Source: Octopus bimaculoides (Eukaryota). From it: a stretch of DNA of 64,000 nucleotides. Below, in pieces: positions 12,961 through 24,563 of this stretch; the stretch's first letter is position 1; each line of letters begins with the position of its first letter. The translations under genes were made by a program, and so were the position numbers. A model generated the notes under the pieces. The model did not search any database. It saw nothing but the letters and a program-made list of their open reading frames with translations, and was not told where the DNA came from. The stretch covers positions 70,644,550-70,708,549 of the forward strand of contig NC_068986.1 of the NCBI RefSeq assembly GCF_001194135.2, read 5' to 3'.

Positions 12961-15837
12961 CAAATGATCTTATGGTTTCTAATACTAACTTCAGAAAACC
13001 TGCCAGCTACCTATTCACCTACCAATCTGGTGGACACACTTGTCAAATTGATTACATCCTCAACAGGAAAAGGGAAAGATGGCTACTTATAAATGCCAAA
13101 ACCTTCCCAGGTGAAGAATGCACCCCACAACATAGATTAGTAGTTAGCGACTTCAGGATCAGGGCTAAATGGATGACCAGAAGACGGCCAGCATGGGGAA
13201 GAAGGGTCTGGAAGCTTAAGGATCCTGCGAATGGACAGAGATTTAGAGATGTATTACTCGAAGCTTTTGACAAAATAGAGGGGGATATAACATGATGTGG
13301 AAGACAACTGGAGGTTTCTATGGGACAACCTGTTGCAGGCTACTGACCAGATGTGTAGATGGTGCAAAGTCCCCTCTTGACCCAAGGTAACATGGTGGTG
13401 GAACAATGTAGTTGATAGGGCCATTAGGGAAAAGAAATAGGCATGGAAGGACTGGAAGAACGGCAGAAGCAGGGAATTGCATCAGATTGCCAGAAGGGAA
13501 GCTAGGAGACAGGTTTACTTAGTCAGAGGGAAAGCAGATAAGAAAAAATTTGCCAATGTTCTGCGTCATGAGGACCAAAGACTTGAAGTGTTTTGTGTTG
13601 CAAGACAATGTGTGAGAGAGAATCGTGATATCACAGAAAAGAAATGTGTCCACATGGATGATGGCTCACTTGCATTTAATGAGGCTGCAAGGAGACTTGG
13701 AGATGCCACAATGAAAGGTTGCTAAATGAAGAGAATGAATGGGAGAGAGTCTGCTGAATGTTGACCCAACAGAGGGACCAGCTATCCGAATTGACAGTAC
13801 CTTGGTAGATAAAGCAATTAAGGGTATGAAGACAGGAAAAGCCCCCGGCCCATCAGAAATCACCGCAGAAATGCTTAAAATATCTGGCGGTGTTGATTAT
13901 AGTCTAGTCACCCGTATAGTCAATAAGGTGATACATGGAGGAGTCATACCCAATGACTGGTGTAGCAGCACCATAATCAACTGCTACAAAGGTAAAGGTG
14001 ATGCATTAGATACAAATAATTACAGAGGTATCAATTTGTTAGATCAGGTAATGAAAGTCACAGAGAGGGTCACAGCCCAATTAATTAGGGAGAGAGTCAG
14101 TCTAGACGAGATGCAGTTTGGGTTTGTGCCAGGGAAAAACACCACTAATGCTATATTTCTGGTAAGACAGCTGCAGGAGAAACCTCTGTGCCTGGCTTTC
14201 GTTGACATGGAAAAAGCCTATGACAGGGTCCCCCAATCCCTTATCTGATGGTCAATGCAGAAACTAGGGATAGATGAGTGGTTAGTGAGAGCTGTACAAG
14301 CTATGTACAGGGACACTGTCAGTAAGGTAAGGGTTGGCAATGAGTACAGTGAAGAATTCCGGGTAGGGGTCCACCAAAGATCAGTCTTCAGCCCCTTCTT
14401 ATTCATCATAGTCCTCCAGAGAAATTGAAGACAGCATGCCTCTGGGAGCTTCTCTATGCTGATGACTTTGCTCTAATAGCTGAGTCACTATCAGAACTAG
14501 AGAAGTTTCAGATGTGGAAGCAAGGTCTAGAATTGAAGGGCTTTAGAGTCAATCTAGCAAAAACCAAAGTCTTAGTAAGTAGGAAGGTAGACAAACCACA
14601 AATCCCTTCAGGTCGATGGTCCTGCTTGATCTGTAGAAAAGGTGTAGATAGAAACTCCACAAAATGCACCCAGTGTAAGCTATGGACAACATAAGAGGTG
14701 CAGCAATATCAAAGGAGGGTTAATGCTCAGGAGCAGTAAACACTGAAAATGTGCAGAAAACAACTTCCGTCATATTCCAGGGGGAAAAACTACAAGTAGT
14801 TGATAGCTTCCATTACCTAGGTGACCAAGTCAGGAGCGGGGGTGGTTGCTCTGAGAGTGTAGCTGCTAGAATAAGAATAGCCTGGGCAAAGTTCTGAGAG
14901 CTCCTACTTCTGCTGGTGACAAAGGGCCTCTCGCTCAGAGTAAAAGGTAGACTGTATGATGCATGTGTGTGAACATGCCATGCTATATGGCAGTGAAACA
15001 TGGGCCATGACTGCTAAGGACATGCGTAAGCTTGCAAGGAATGAAGCTAGTATGCTCTGCTGGATGTGTAATGTCAGTGTGTATACACAACAGAGTGTAA
15101 GCGCCCTGAGAGAAAAGTTGGACATAAGAAGGATCAGATGTAGTGTGCAAGAGAGATGACTGTGCTGGTATGGTCATGTGTTGCATACGGATGAGGACAG
15201 CTGTTGAAAAAGTGTGAAACCCTAGCAGTAGAGGGAACCTGTGGAAAAGGTAGACCAAGGAAGACTTGGGATGAGGTGTTGAGGCATGACCTTCGAACAT
15301 TGGGCCTCACCAAGGTGATGACAAGTGACCGAGACCTTTGGAGGTATGCTATGCTTGAGAAGACCCGGCAAGCCAAGTGAGACCATAACCGTGACCTATG
15401 CCAGTGTAGCATAACCAGCCCATTTAAGAGTATTCTTCAATCATTGAGCAATAAACTGCACTTGCGAAGACCGATTGAGGCAAGGAAAGTCGTTGTCGTG
15501 GCCAATGACAGTACCGCCTGATTGGCATGTAAAAAGCACCATTCAAGCGTGGTCATTGCCAGTGCCGCCTGACTGGCTCCAGTGCTGGTGACACATAAAA
15601 AGCACCATTCAAGCGTGGCCAGTACCAGTACCGTCTGACTGGCCTTTGTGCTGGTGGCAGTAAAAAGCACCCACTACACTCTCAGAGTGGTTGGCATTAG
15701 AAAGAGCATTCAGCTGTAGAAACTCTGCCAGATCAGATTGGAGCCTAGTGCAGCCTTCTGGCTTGCCAGCCCTCAGCCAAACCATCCAACTTATGCCAGC
15801 ATGGAAAGCAGATGTTAAACGATGATAATGATGATGA
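12960..15837 (+). mobile_element. RTE-clade LINE, 5'-truncated, frameshifted ORF2 plus 3' UTR with (GAT)n tail
   Basis: Broken ORFs include QIDYIL, KAPGPSEITAEMLK, NYRGINLLDQVMKV, LAFVDMEKAYDRVP and LWELLYADDFAL. The 3' UTR has about 3 internal tandem units and ends in aaacgatgataatgatgatg. Confidence 0.95.
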
Positions 15838-15949
15838 GATTGAGGACTGAGCCTTGATGGACTCCAACTATCATCATCATTTAATGTCCATTTTTGCTAA
15901 ATTCACTGAAATCCTTGTTGACTCACTTTACTTACTGCATCTTGGTTTA

Positions 15950-17500
15950 TGGCTTGTTCAACTCTTACAAGCCATTTGTCAATGCTTAGTTTCCTTAGTG
16001 ACCACCAAATTACCATACATGGTATCCTGTCAAAGGCCTTCTCCAAGTCAGGAGTAATGGTTTATTCTTAGCTTGGTGTTTCTCCTGCATCATCTGGACA
16101 TGAAGCAAAATTGTATTGCAACTCCCTCCATACCCTTCATAACCTGATCCAGTCATTAGATTCTTCGATAGCTGCTTCTCTCTAAGGCATCTCCTTTGCC
16201 TTTGCAGCAGTTTACAATGATACTGCTATGCCAGTCATTAGGTATGACTCTTTCTTGTATAACTTGATTAACTAACTGGGTGATAATCATGTCACTCTAC
16301 CTCACCAGATATTTTGAGCATCTCCACAACCATCCCGGATGGACCTGCGACTATCCTTCTAATACATCCTTGATGGTTTTATTTACCTCACTGCTGTGAA
16401 CTTGAATTGCTGGTTGTTCTGCAGAGTCAGCAAGTGGTAGCCCTACTTTATCCCTATACATTCTCCACATTCAGTGGCCTCCCATAATAGCACTTCCATG
16501 TCACTCATTTTTTTCTTCTACATCCATGGCAAGTATGCCTTTATCCTTCTAAATAAACTTCCTCTCAATGACATCTTAAATCTCTATCATAAACTGTCTT
16601 GTAATCCTGACATGTGCGAACTTCCTCTTTGCCTCACCCATAGCCAAGTATACCTATCACCTAGCAACCCTTCTAGTGATTTGATAATGCTGACACCTTC
16701 CTTTCAGGCTTTCCAAGTCTGTCACATAGCCTTTACTGCCCTATCAACTGCATTATTTCACCACCATATTACTTTCAGATCCGCTGAGACTTTGCCCCAG
16801 TCACATGTCTGATTTGTAGCCCTAGGCATGCTATTTTGCAGAAGTTCCTGGTTTCCATCTATGCTACAAGGTCTTCTTTTCTATTGCCAAAATCTGTTCC
16901 CATTTACAAGACCTTTTAGTTTCCATATCTTCCTTCCCTATGTCACATTTTGTTTCTGTGTCAACCTAGCTCTGATTCTGAAGTCACTAGCCACTAATCT
17001 ATGTTGTATGGTGCTTTCTTTGCCAAGAAAGGCTTTATATTTACAGTAACTCCTCTGTCCATTTTCTTGGTGAGAATGTAATTTATCTGATTTGTGTGTA
17101 CGCCAGATTGATAGGTGATGGGGTGGTTAGCCAGTTTCCTAGTGGTGTGTGTTGCAAATTGTTAGATCAGTCGCATCACAGAACTTCAGGAGCTGTACAC
17201 CCTCCTCATTTCTTGCACCATAGCCATAACCTCCATGTATGTCATGGAAATCATTATCATATTGGCCAACATGACTACCGAAGTTGTCAGTCACAATGAA
17301 GTAACTGTCAACCAGCATTGAATTAGTCTACAAAAGGGTTTCATAGAAGCAGCCCATCTGTTCTTCTGTGCATCTTTCCTGTGAGGCATATGCAGAGATA
17401 ACCATCACTTTTGAGTTGCCTTTAATTTGTCTCTTAATTATCCTATTGCATACCCTGGCTACCTGAAATACATTTTTTTATCCTTTTCTCAGCTAACAGT
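15950..17500 (-). mobile_element. RTE LINE fragment (APE endonuclease to pre-RT region), inverted relative to the 12960 copy
   Basis: The minus strand gives GVGILLAEKR...VISAYASQ (APE-like) near 17400-17500, and segments homologous to 13100-13900. Confidence 0.8.
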
Positions 17501-18084
17501 ATGCCTACTCTACCCCTGCTGTCGCTATTATCCACAAGAATTTATATTGCTGTTTTGTGCTTGTGAGGAGTTTGGTAAAGGATCAGTTCCACCTTACTTC
17601 TTGTACACATCACATATCCATTCATCTCTACTCTAGCATTTTCACAATTTCACCAGACCTTGTGTACATGTGTGTGTTTGTATGTGTGTAAATATATATA
17701 TGACTTTACACACTCATGTGTATTTATGAGTAATTCTACTAAGGTAGAAAGGTGAGCATAATAAATTACATCTAGATCAATAGTATAATACAATTTTGCA
17801 CCAAAAGATCTTTAAAGGAAATTTTCTTATTGCGATGAACAGGTAAGATACAGTCAAGAATAACAGTATGCACCACATCAAAATCAGTGCTCGACTCAAC
17901 TTTTGGTCTTTTTTCATGACTTAGTCTGTACCCATGATTTTAAGAGCTTTTGTAACTGGTGGCAGGAAGGGAAGAAGTTATACTCACACCAGAAGGCTTA
18001 CCTGAACGCTTGCAAGAGTGGACTCCTGTAAAGGTACCCAAAAGCCAAGTGGTGGTGTTAAACTTGGTGTTGGATTAAGTCTTT

Positions 18085-18250
18085 TACCACAAATTAGGAC
18101 AGGCTTACTAATTTCCACAGTTTCTGTTGACCAAATTTCACTCACAAAGCATTGGTTGACCTGAGGTTATGGTAGAAAACACTTACTCAAGACAGTGGGA
18201 CTGAACATGGAACCACACTGCCATGAAGAGAACTTCTGGACTACAGAGCC
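18085..18250 (-). mobile_element. tRNA-derived SINE, family A
   Basis: Reverse complement of the 905-1068 family. Confidence 0.7.
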
Positions 18251-18658
18251 AAGCTTGCCTGAGACCATTCATGAGATACTTTCTTACTCTATAATTGAAT
18301 TGTTAACAATAAGACAGGCATGCAACTTTAAATCATTTGCTCCAACAAAAAAAAAAATGTTCCAACTATGAATAGAAGAACAAAGCTATTGAAAAATAAT
18401 GAACCTAAGTTATAAAAACCTGCAATTCTATGCTTGTAACTACCAAACTGCTCACACTGGAAACCTATATTCCAATAGTGTTGAAGTAATTCCAAATACT
18501 GATGTAAAACAAGATGTAACTTTGACACATTTTACCATGATTTAAATGCTTAGTAAAGTTGAGATCAAATAATTTTATATATTTTCATACAAGTTCATAT
18601 AATCCTTTTTTGAGAAATAGAAGAAAAGAAATCATTAAATTTTAAGAGAATTACTTAC

Positions 18659-18670
18659 CCATTTCAGCAC
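18659..18670 (-). CDS. SR-type splicing factor, 12-nt microexon (G-A-E-M)
   Basis: The reverse strand reads tttatttttcag|GTGCTGAAATGG|gtaagt, with a consensus acceptor and donor and phase 1 at both ends. It joins exon 1 and exon 3 in frame, giving ...CEIKYGAEMAYAFVDY. Confidence 0.8.
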
Positions 18671-19258
18671 CTGAAAAATAAATTTAGAAGTTTTAAATAT
18701 TTGATAATTTTTGCTTTAATATTTTTATTTTAGTTATATTTTAAGAAAAAATTGTTAGTAATAAAAATATTGAATCACAAAAAATTAAATTACATTATTA
18801 CACTATCCATGAATATATTTTATATTAAAATCATAAAATCATTAAAGCTTTTACTCCACCTGAAACAAAACAAATTCAATGTGAATAAACACTAAAATAA
18901 AGTTGCTTTAATTTCAATTCATAGAAGCCACTGAAAAGTAAATATTACACAAATGTAACAATAAACATCACTGAACGAAAGAGTGGCTCAAAATATGGAT
19001 ATATCTTGCCTGTCTCTCTACGACAGGTTCCTCTTCCCAGCAGCTAAGACGCTTCGCTTCACCACAGCAATATATTTAATTAATGAGCTCGACTTAATTG
19101 AACCACAAATCTTTTAAAAATTACAAAATCTTGCAATTTTACTTACACAAGCTTTTAAAATCTCATAGAAAAAAAAGAATACAAGTTATTCTTCCCAATC
19201 TGAAATAATTTTGAAATCTTAGTATCCAAAAGAACTTTTAGTCATCAGAGACTACCAT

Positions 19259-19440
19259 TAACCATTTACTATTCAGGTTACTGCTAAATGTAATACTTAT
19301 TTATTCACATTGTTTTGAAGTAATCATACTTTGAGATTTCAATGATGTGACTGTTTTATTTTTACAATGACATTGTAGAGTAGGTGTGAGGAGTCAGATC
19401 TGGCAAGTAAAAACATAAAACAGGTACAATATTTGGGCTG
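19259..19440 (+). mobile_element. piggyBac-type MITE, partial copy
   Basis: Homologous to the complete TTAA-flanked copy at 50665-50883. Confidence 0.6.
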
Positions 19441-19481
19441 ACAGAATCATCATCACCTGCTGATGGCTATTATCTATGACA

Positions 19482-20409
19482 GATCTTTTCCCTTTGAACA
19501 GCAGATCGAGAAATTAATTTTCAAACTTCGGACACTGGTAGAATGTGTCATATAAAACATCTTTTACTCTTAGTGTTTTTTTTTTTCTATAGTTTCAGCT
19601 CAGAGCTGCAGCCATGCTGATGCTGGCTATGCTGATGCTGGAGTTTATATTTTCAAAGTTATTTCGTGTTTAAGTAGTAGTATTTTGGTAATTTCAACCA
19701 ATCAATGACGTGTATTCAGCTGAATAAAATTACTGCTGTTGTTTATCAGCAGTATATATTTCGTTTGTCACTGTTATTTATGACATCGTTTGTGTGTTTG
19801 TACTGGTTTTAGCTATGGGGGGTTAGTGTTGTTTTAGGGTTAGGGTTTTAGGGTTAGGGTTTTAGGGTTATGGTTTTAGAGTTAAGGTTAGGGTGAAGGT
19901 TTTAGGGTTACGGTTAGGGTTGGGGTTTTAGGGTTAGGATTGGGATTTTAGGATTAGAGTTATGGAAAAAAGTGAAAAATGAAGAAATTGGAGGAGGAGA
20001 GGGGGCAAAAAAGTCTTTACGAAAATAGTAGCTGAAAAACAGGAAAAAATAACTAAAAAACTAAGTAGAAATGCATGAACGATTGTGGTGGTGCCATGAA
20101 GTAAACATGCTTCAGATACACTCATTTATTCATACAAACGTAACAGAGATGAAATATATCATAAATAACAGTGACAAACAAAATATACACCGCCGGAAGT
20201 TGTTGTTGACAAACAACAGCAGTAATTTTATTCAGCTGAATACACATCATTAATTACCAAAATACAACTTTAACACAAAATAACTTTGAAAATACAAACT
20301 TTTCTAGTAAAAGATGTTTTATATGACACATTCTACCAGTGTCCGAAGTTTGAAAGTGTTTAGTTACAAAAAATTAATTTCTCAATCTGCCATTCAAAGG
20401 GTAAAGATC
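19482..20409. mobile_element. Foldback/MULE-like non-autonomous DNA element with long TIRs
   Basis: The arm at 19482-~19787 is the reverse complement of the arm at ~20156-20409 (termini gatcttttccctttgaa / ttcaaagggtaaagatc). Flanks ctatgaca / ctataaga may be a decayed 8-bp TSD. Confidence 0.8.
19834..19960 (+). repeat. Interstitial telomere-like (TTAGGG/TTTTAGGG)n array
   Basis: ttagggttagggttttagggttagggttttaggg... degenerating rightwards. Confidence 0.9.
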
Positions 20410-20659
20410 CTATAAGACTTATATATCAGAATATCAGAAAACTAAACTATTTGACAAAAGAGATGACCAAGCTTTTCTAAAAGCAAATAAACTGACATCA
20501 GCTGACATAAATCAATCAACCTTTCAAAACAAAATGCTATCACACCAAATAAACTTCAAAGGTGAGTGAGGAAAGAGAAAGTCACAATTCTCAAATTATC
20601 TCAAAATGAGGAAATACATGTTAAAAGATCATCAAAATGACATGCATCATAATGCAATT

Positions 20660-21577
20660 GTAGAAATGGTCTAGAAATAATACACTGACAAACTAAGACC
20701 TTGCCATAACATCTTTCAGCTGAAATTCAACAGCACAACACAGAATACACATACTTACATATCTACAAGACGATTGACTATAAATCAAATAATCAATACT
20801 ATACGCATATCCCATAAGAAAGCTGAGAATATTCAGCACAATGAATTTGGCATGACAAAGGTTTCTGCTCAGTGAGTGCCATGTCTTCCGACACCTGATC
20901 AAAAGCACACCAGGCTGATCACATCACAGGAAGACCTGACATTGTTTCAGGCAGATCCAGCTGGTTTCCTTGAATGTTTCTTAACACACAGGATAATTGT
21001 TGATTATCTTTGAACCAGAGACAAAGAGACAATCCATGCAATGGAAACATTCCCTCCTCACCTGTTCCAAAGAAGGCCAATATTGTTTCATCTGCAGGGA
21101 AGGTTGATGGGCCTCAATTTTTTGGGATGCAAGCGGCATTGTATTTACTGATTACCTTCAGTAAACATTGATAGTGTAGAAGGGCTACAATGGGGAGTAC
21201 TATACCAACTTGCTGAGACAGTTACAAAAGGAAATCAAAACCAACTGCCCAGGAAAACTGACAAAAGGTGTCTTGTTTCATCAGAACAATGCTCTAGCAC
21301 ACAAGCCCTTCGTTTCAATAGCAGTTGTGTGAGACTGACTTTGAACTGGTTGGTCACCCTCCTGATGTGGCCTCATCTGACTATCATTTGTTCCCCAACG
21401 TGAAAAAACACTTGGCTTGGAACCAACAGGATGAAAGCTTCTTCACCAATGGAATCCAAGCAAAACTGATAGAAGTATGTGGACTGCAAGAGAGACTACA
21501 TTGAAAAGTAAACCTCATTTAGTCACATTCCATGAGAGTATTTTGATCAAGCTATGAACTTTTTAGCCAACCCTCAT
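20660..21577 (+). mobile_element. Degenerate mariner transposon (irritans-like)
   Basis: Broken frames give FEPETKRQSMQWKH, FWDASGI, VLFHQNNA and SSDYHLFPNVKKHL. The right end ctatgaactttttagccaaccctc is TIR-like. Confidence 0.8.
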
Positions 21578-21952
21578 ATCATTTGTAATCTAAAATATTT
21601 CAGGAACAAGAAACAAAAAAAAAGAGTATAACAAACAAAAAGAAGAAAAGTATTTTTAGCATGGATGTTGCATGTTTAAATAGTAAACTGACTAAAACTG
21701 TTAAGACAGCAATTAAAATGCTAATTAAATCTTGTGGTCCTGCACCACAGATAACAACAGCTATTGCTGAATCCAGAACCACATGTAACCATATTTCAGT
21801 GTTGTTGTTTGGGGCCAAAAGACAAACTAAGCTATCTTGTGTGTGTGAAACAAAGTTTAGCATCACTGTTATGATGATTTAAATAGCTGATGTGGTATTG
21901 ATTAATTTGTGGTATTCTACTCACTTGAATAGCATTATTTTTCCCTATTATT

Positions 21953-22120
21953 AAGGCAACGAGCTGGCAAAATTCTTAGCACACCAGACAAAATACTTAG
22001 AGGCATTCCTTCTGGTTTTATGCTTTGAGTTCAAATTTCACCAATGTCGAATTTGCCTTCCATGCTTTCGGGGTTGATAGTACCAGTTGAGCACTGAGGA
22101 TCTGTGTAATTGACTAGCCA
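21953..22120 (+). mobile_element. tRNA-derived SINE, family B (GAGCTGGCAGAATCGTTAGCAC... head)
   Basis: Shares head and body with 24564-24770, 29960-30140 and 44735-44880. Confidence 0.7.
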
Positions 22121-22824
22121 ATAAAATTTTGCATATGTAATGCTTTACCAATATTGTAGTCAGACTTGACTATGTGTATGAACTAAGTGTACAGTCTGTT
22201 AGCATCATTATGGATATATATACAAATACAAATGAAATATATCTATGTGTTTTTGTCAACAAGTATGTGTCACTGGTGTTCTTTAACTCAGTCATCTGTT
22301 AATAGCTATATTCGTTATGCAATGCTTCATGTGTGTATAAAGTTTGGCCTGTGTTTGAGATTGGATAAATGTATTCTCTGTGTGTATATTTTTGTGTTGG
22401 CAGTAGTATCTGTTTGGAGTGTACATGTCTGTGTGACACTAAGTTTATATCAAAAGTTCACTGGATGCTTTAAACTTTATAGTGACACATTTGGGGTCAT
22501 TTGTCTGCCCTAATTACTATAATTCAGTAGCAGATTGACTGTTCCTGGTTTTCTCACTAATTGTATCTGTATAATGTTATCGCTGTATCCTATCTACAAT
22601 ATATCTCTACACCCAAGCACCAACAAGCCTTTGGTTTTATTTTATTTCGTCTTTTATTTCATTTTTTTTTTAATATTTTATTCGTTATCATTTGATTGAA
22701 ACCTTTTTTTAGAGGAACATCATTTTCCTTATCTTGTACTTGCATTTTTATTTTTAACTTTGTTCTGTTCTTGATTTCTGCATTTTTAAAATTCATCTTT
22801 TATCTTTAAATCATTTGTCATTCG

Positions 22825-23190
22825 ACAGCAGCCATGCTGGAGCACTGCATTGAAGGGTTTGGTAAAGCAAATCAACTCCAGTACTTAAATTTTTTTGTTT
22901 TTTTTTTCAAGTTTGGAACTTATTCTATCAGTTTTTTCTGCTATGTAACAGGGACATAAACAAACCAACACTGGTTATCAAGCAGCAGTGTGGGACAAAT
23001 AAAAATACAAAGACACATGCGTGTGTGTGTGTGATAGGTTTCTTTCAGTTTCCATCTTCAAAATCTACTCACAAGGCTTTGGTCAGCCCAGGGCTATAGT
23101 AGCAGATACTTACCAAAGGTAACCCCCAGTGGGACTGAATCCAGGATCACATGGTTGGTAAGCAAGCTTCTCAACCATACAGCCATGCTT
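22825..23190 (-). mobile_element. tRNA-derived SINE, family A, near full length
   Basis: Head at about 23190, central (TG)n, and tail cagccatgctggagcactgc. Confidence 0.75.
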
Positions 23191-23548
23191 GTATTGCTTT
23201 AATTTTTGGATTTTTAGCTCTAATCACTCCAACTATTCTTATGCTTTATAAATTATTTATATTTGTATCTTTACTTACACATTGATTCTAGGGTGTATAA
23301 GGGCAATATATTCAACCTGGTAATTATATTTGGAAATCTTCACTTTTTCTCATGTTATAGCCTATATTCAAATATATACTTGTTTTATACACCTAAGTGT
23401 ATAATATAGGAATACAGGAGTTTAATATAGTTTAAATATTGAACCATAATCCATACAGTAGCTTGCCATGCACTACAGCACATCATAAAGTGTGTGTGTG
23501 AATATGCATATAATACACATATTATTATTATTAAAAAGAAATCATTAT

Positions 23549-24525
23549 TATTACCTCTGCCTTAGCGAAGGCAGAGGTATTGTTTTCAGTCATGTTTGTT
23601 TGTTTGTCCATGGACAGAACCACTGGATGGACTTGAATGAAACTTTCAGGGATGTTTGGCCTTGTGACTGGCATGAACTGATTAGATTTGAGGATTGATC
23701 TGGTACCTGACAAGGATTCTGGATTATTTGTTATATTTACTTTACATGAAGTATTACGATCTTACATTGACTTTCCATGTAAGTTATGGCAGTGATGCTG
23801 TTTCCAAAGTTTTATTTTTGCTTCTCTATTATTAATTTTACTCGCGTCTCTATCTTAGTAGAAACTGATGGATAAAGAAATCAAACTACATAAACAAACG
23901 GCAGCAAAACCGTTCAGAAATTAAATAACACTAACATATTCAGTGACAATAATAAATTTATCCTCAACAATTTTTAGTTTTACCAATTTTGATTACATCG
24001 CTCCTGTTCAAAACCTCTTACCTACTTGACAATTGCATTTCTAGCTCTGCCTTGAAGGAAGCTTTACTTCTTGGTTTCAAGTTTTTGTGTGCAATGATGT
24101 TGTTAAAACTCCCTTAACAGCACCGTATGCAGGTCCTTTCCATTTTCTTTCATGCACAGATAAATTTTTTACTATAGACCTTTAAGGTCGTAAAGACACT
24201 ATATCAGTGAATAGACTAAAAAAGGCCTTCATAGAGAAAATTGTCCCTGTTCCCACTGCAGACAACACACACACACACAGAGAATTACAAACACAGCCCA
24301 CACACTCACCTTCACATTCCATGACTACCATTGGGATCGATCAGGTACTGGACAAGGATTCTGGATTATTTTTGTTTTTTTGAGAGCGGTTGGGTTCATT
24401 TTTAGTATTCTTGTTTGTGAGAGCAGTCGAGTTTATTCCAGATATTCTTATTTTAAAAATCATCTCCAGCTAATCGTTGAGAGGATGGTGGTGCTGCCTT
24501 GGCAGGTTTACACTCTCTGAGTGCT
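23549..24525 (+). mobile_element. HINE-like element in two parts (23549-23730 and 24330-24525)
   Basis: Both parts align with 3774-4130. The segment gatc..gtac..gacaaggattctggattattt is present in both, with about 600 bp of unrelated DNA between them. Confidence 0.6.
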
Positions 24526-24563
24526 CTTGTTATTATTATCATTATTATTATTATTATTATATA

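Noticed and set aside
19834-19960. True telomere or chromosome fusion site
   Set aside because: Short, degenerate and embedded in a TIR element within an intron.
24010-24180. Minus-strand 56-codon open frame (KNLSVHERKWKGPAYG...) ending at a GT donor
   Set aside because: No start codon. Its phases (1 in, 2 out) do not fit the SR exons, it lies between HINE pieces, and I recognise no homology.
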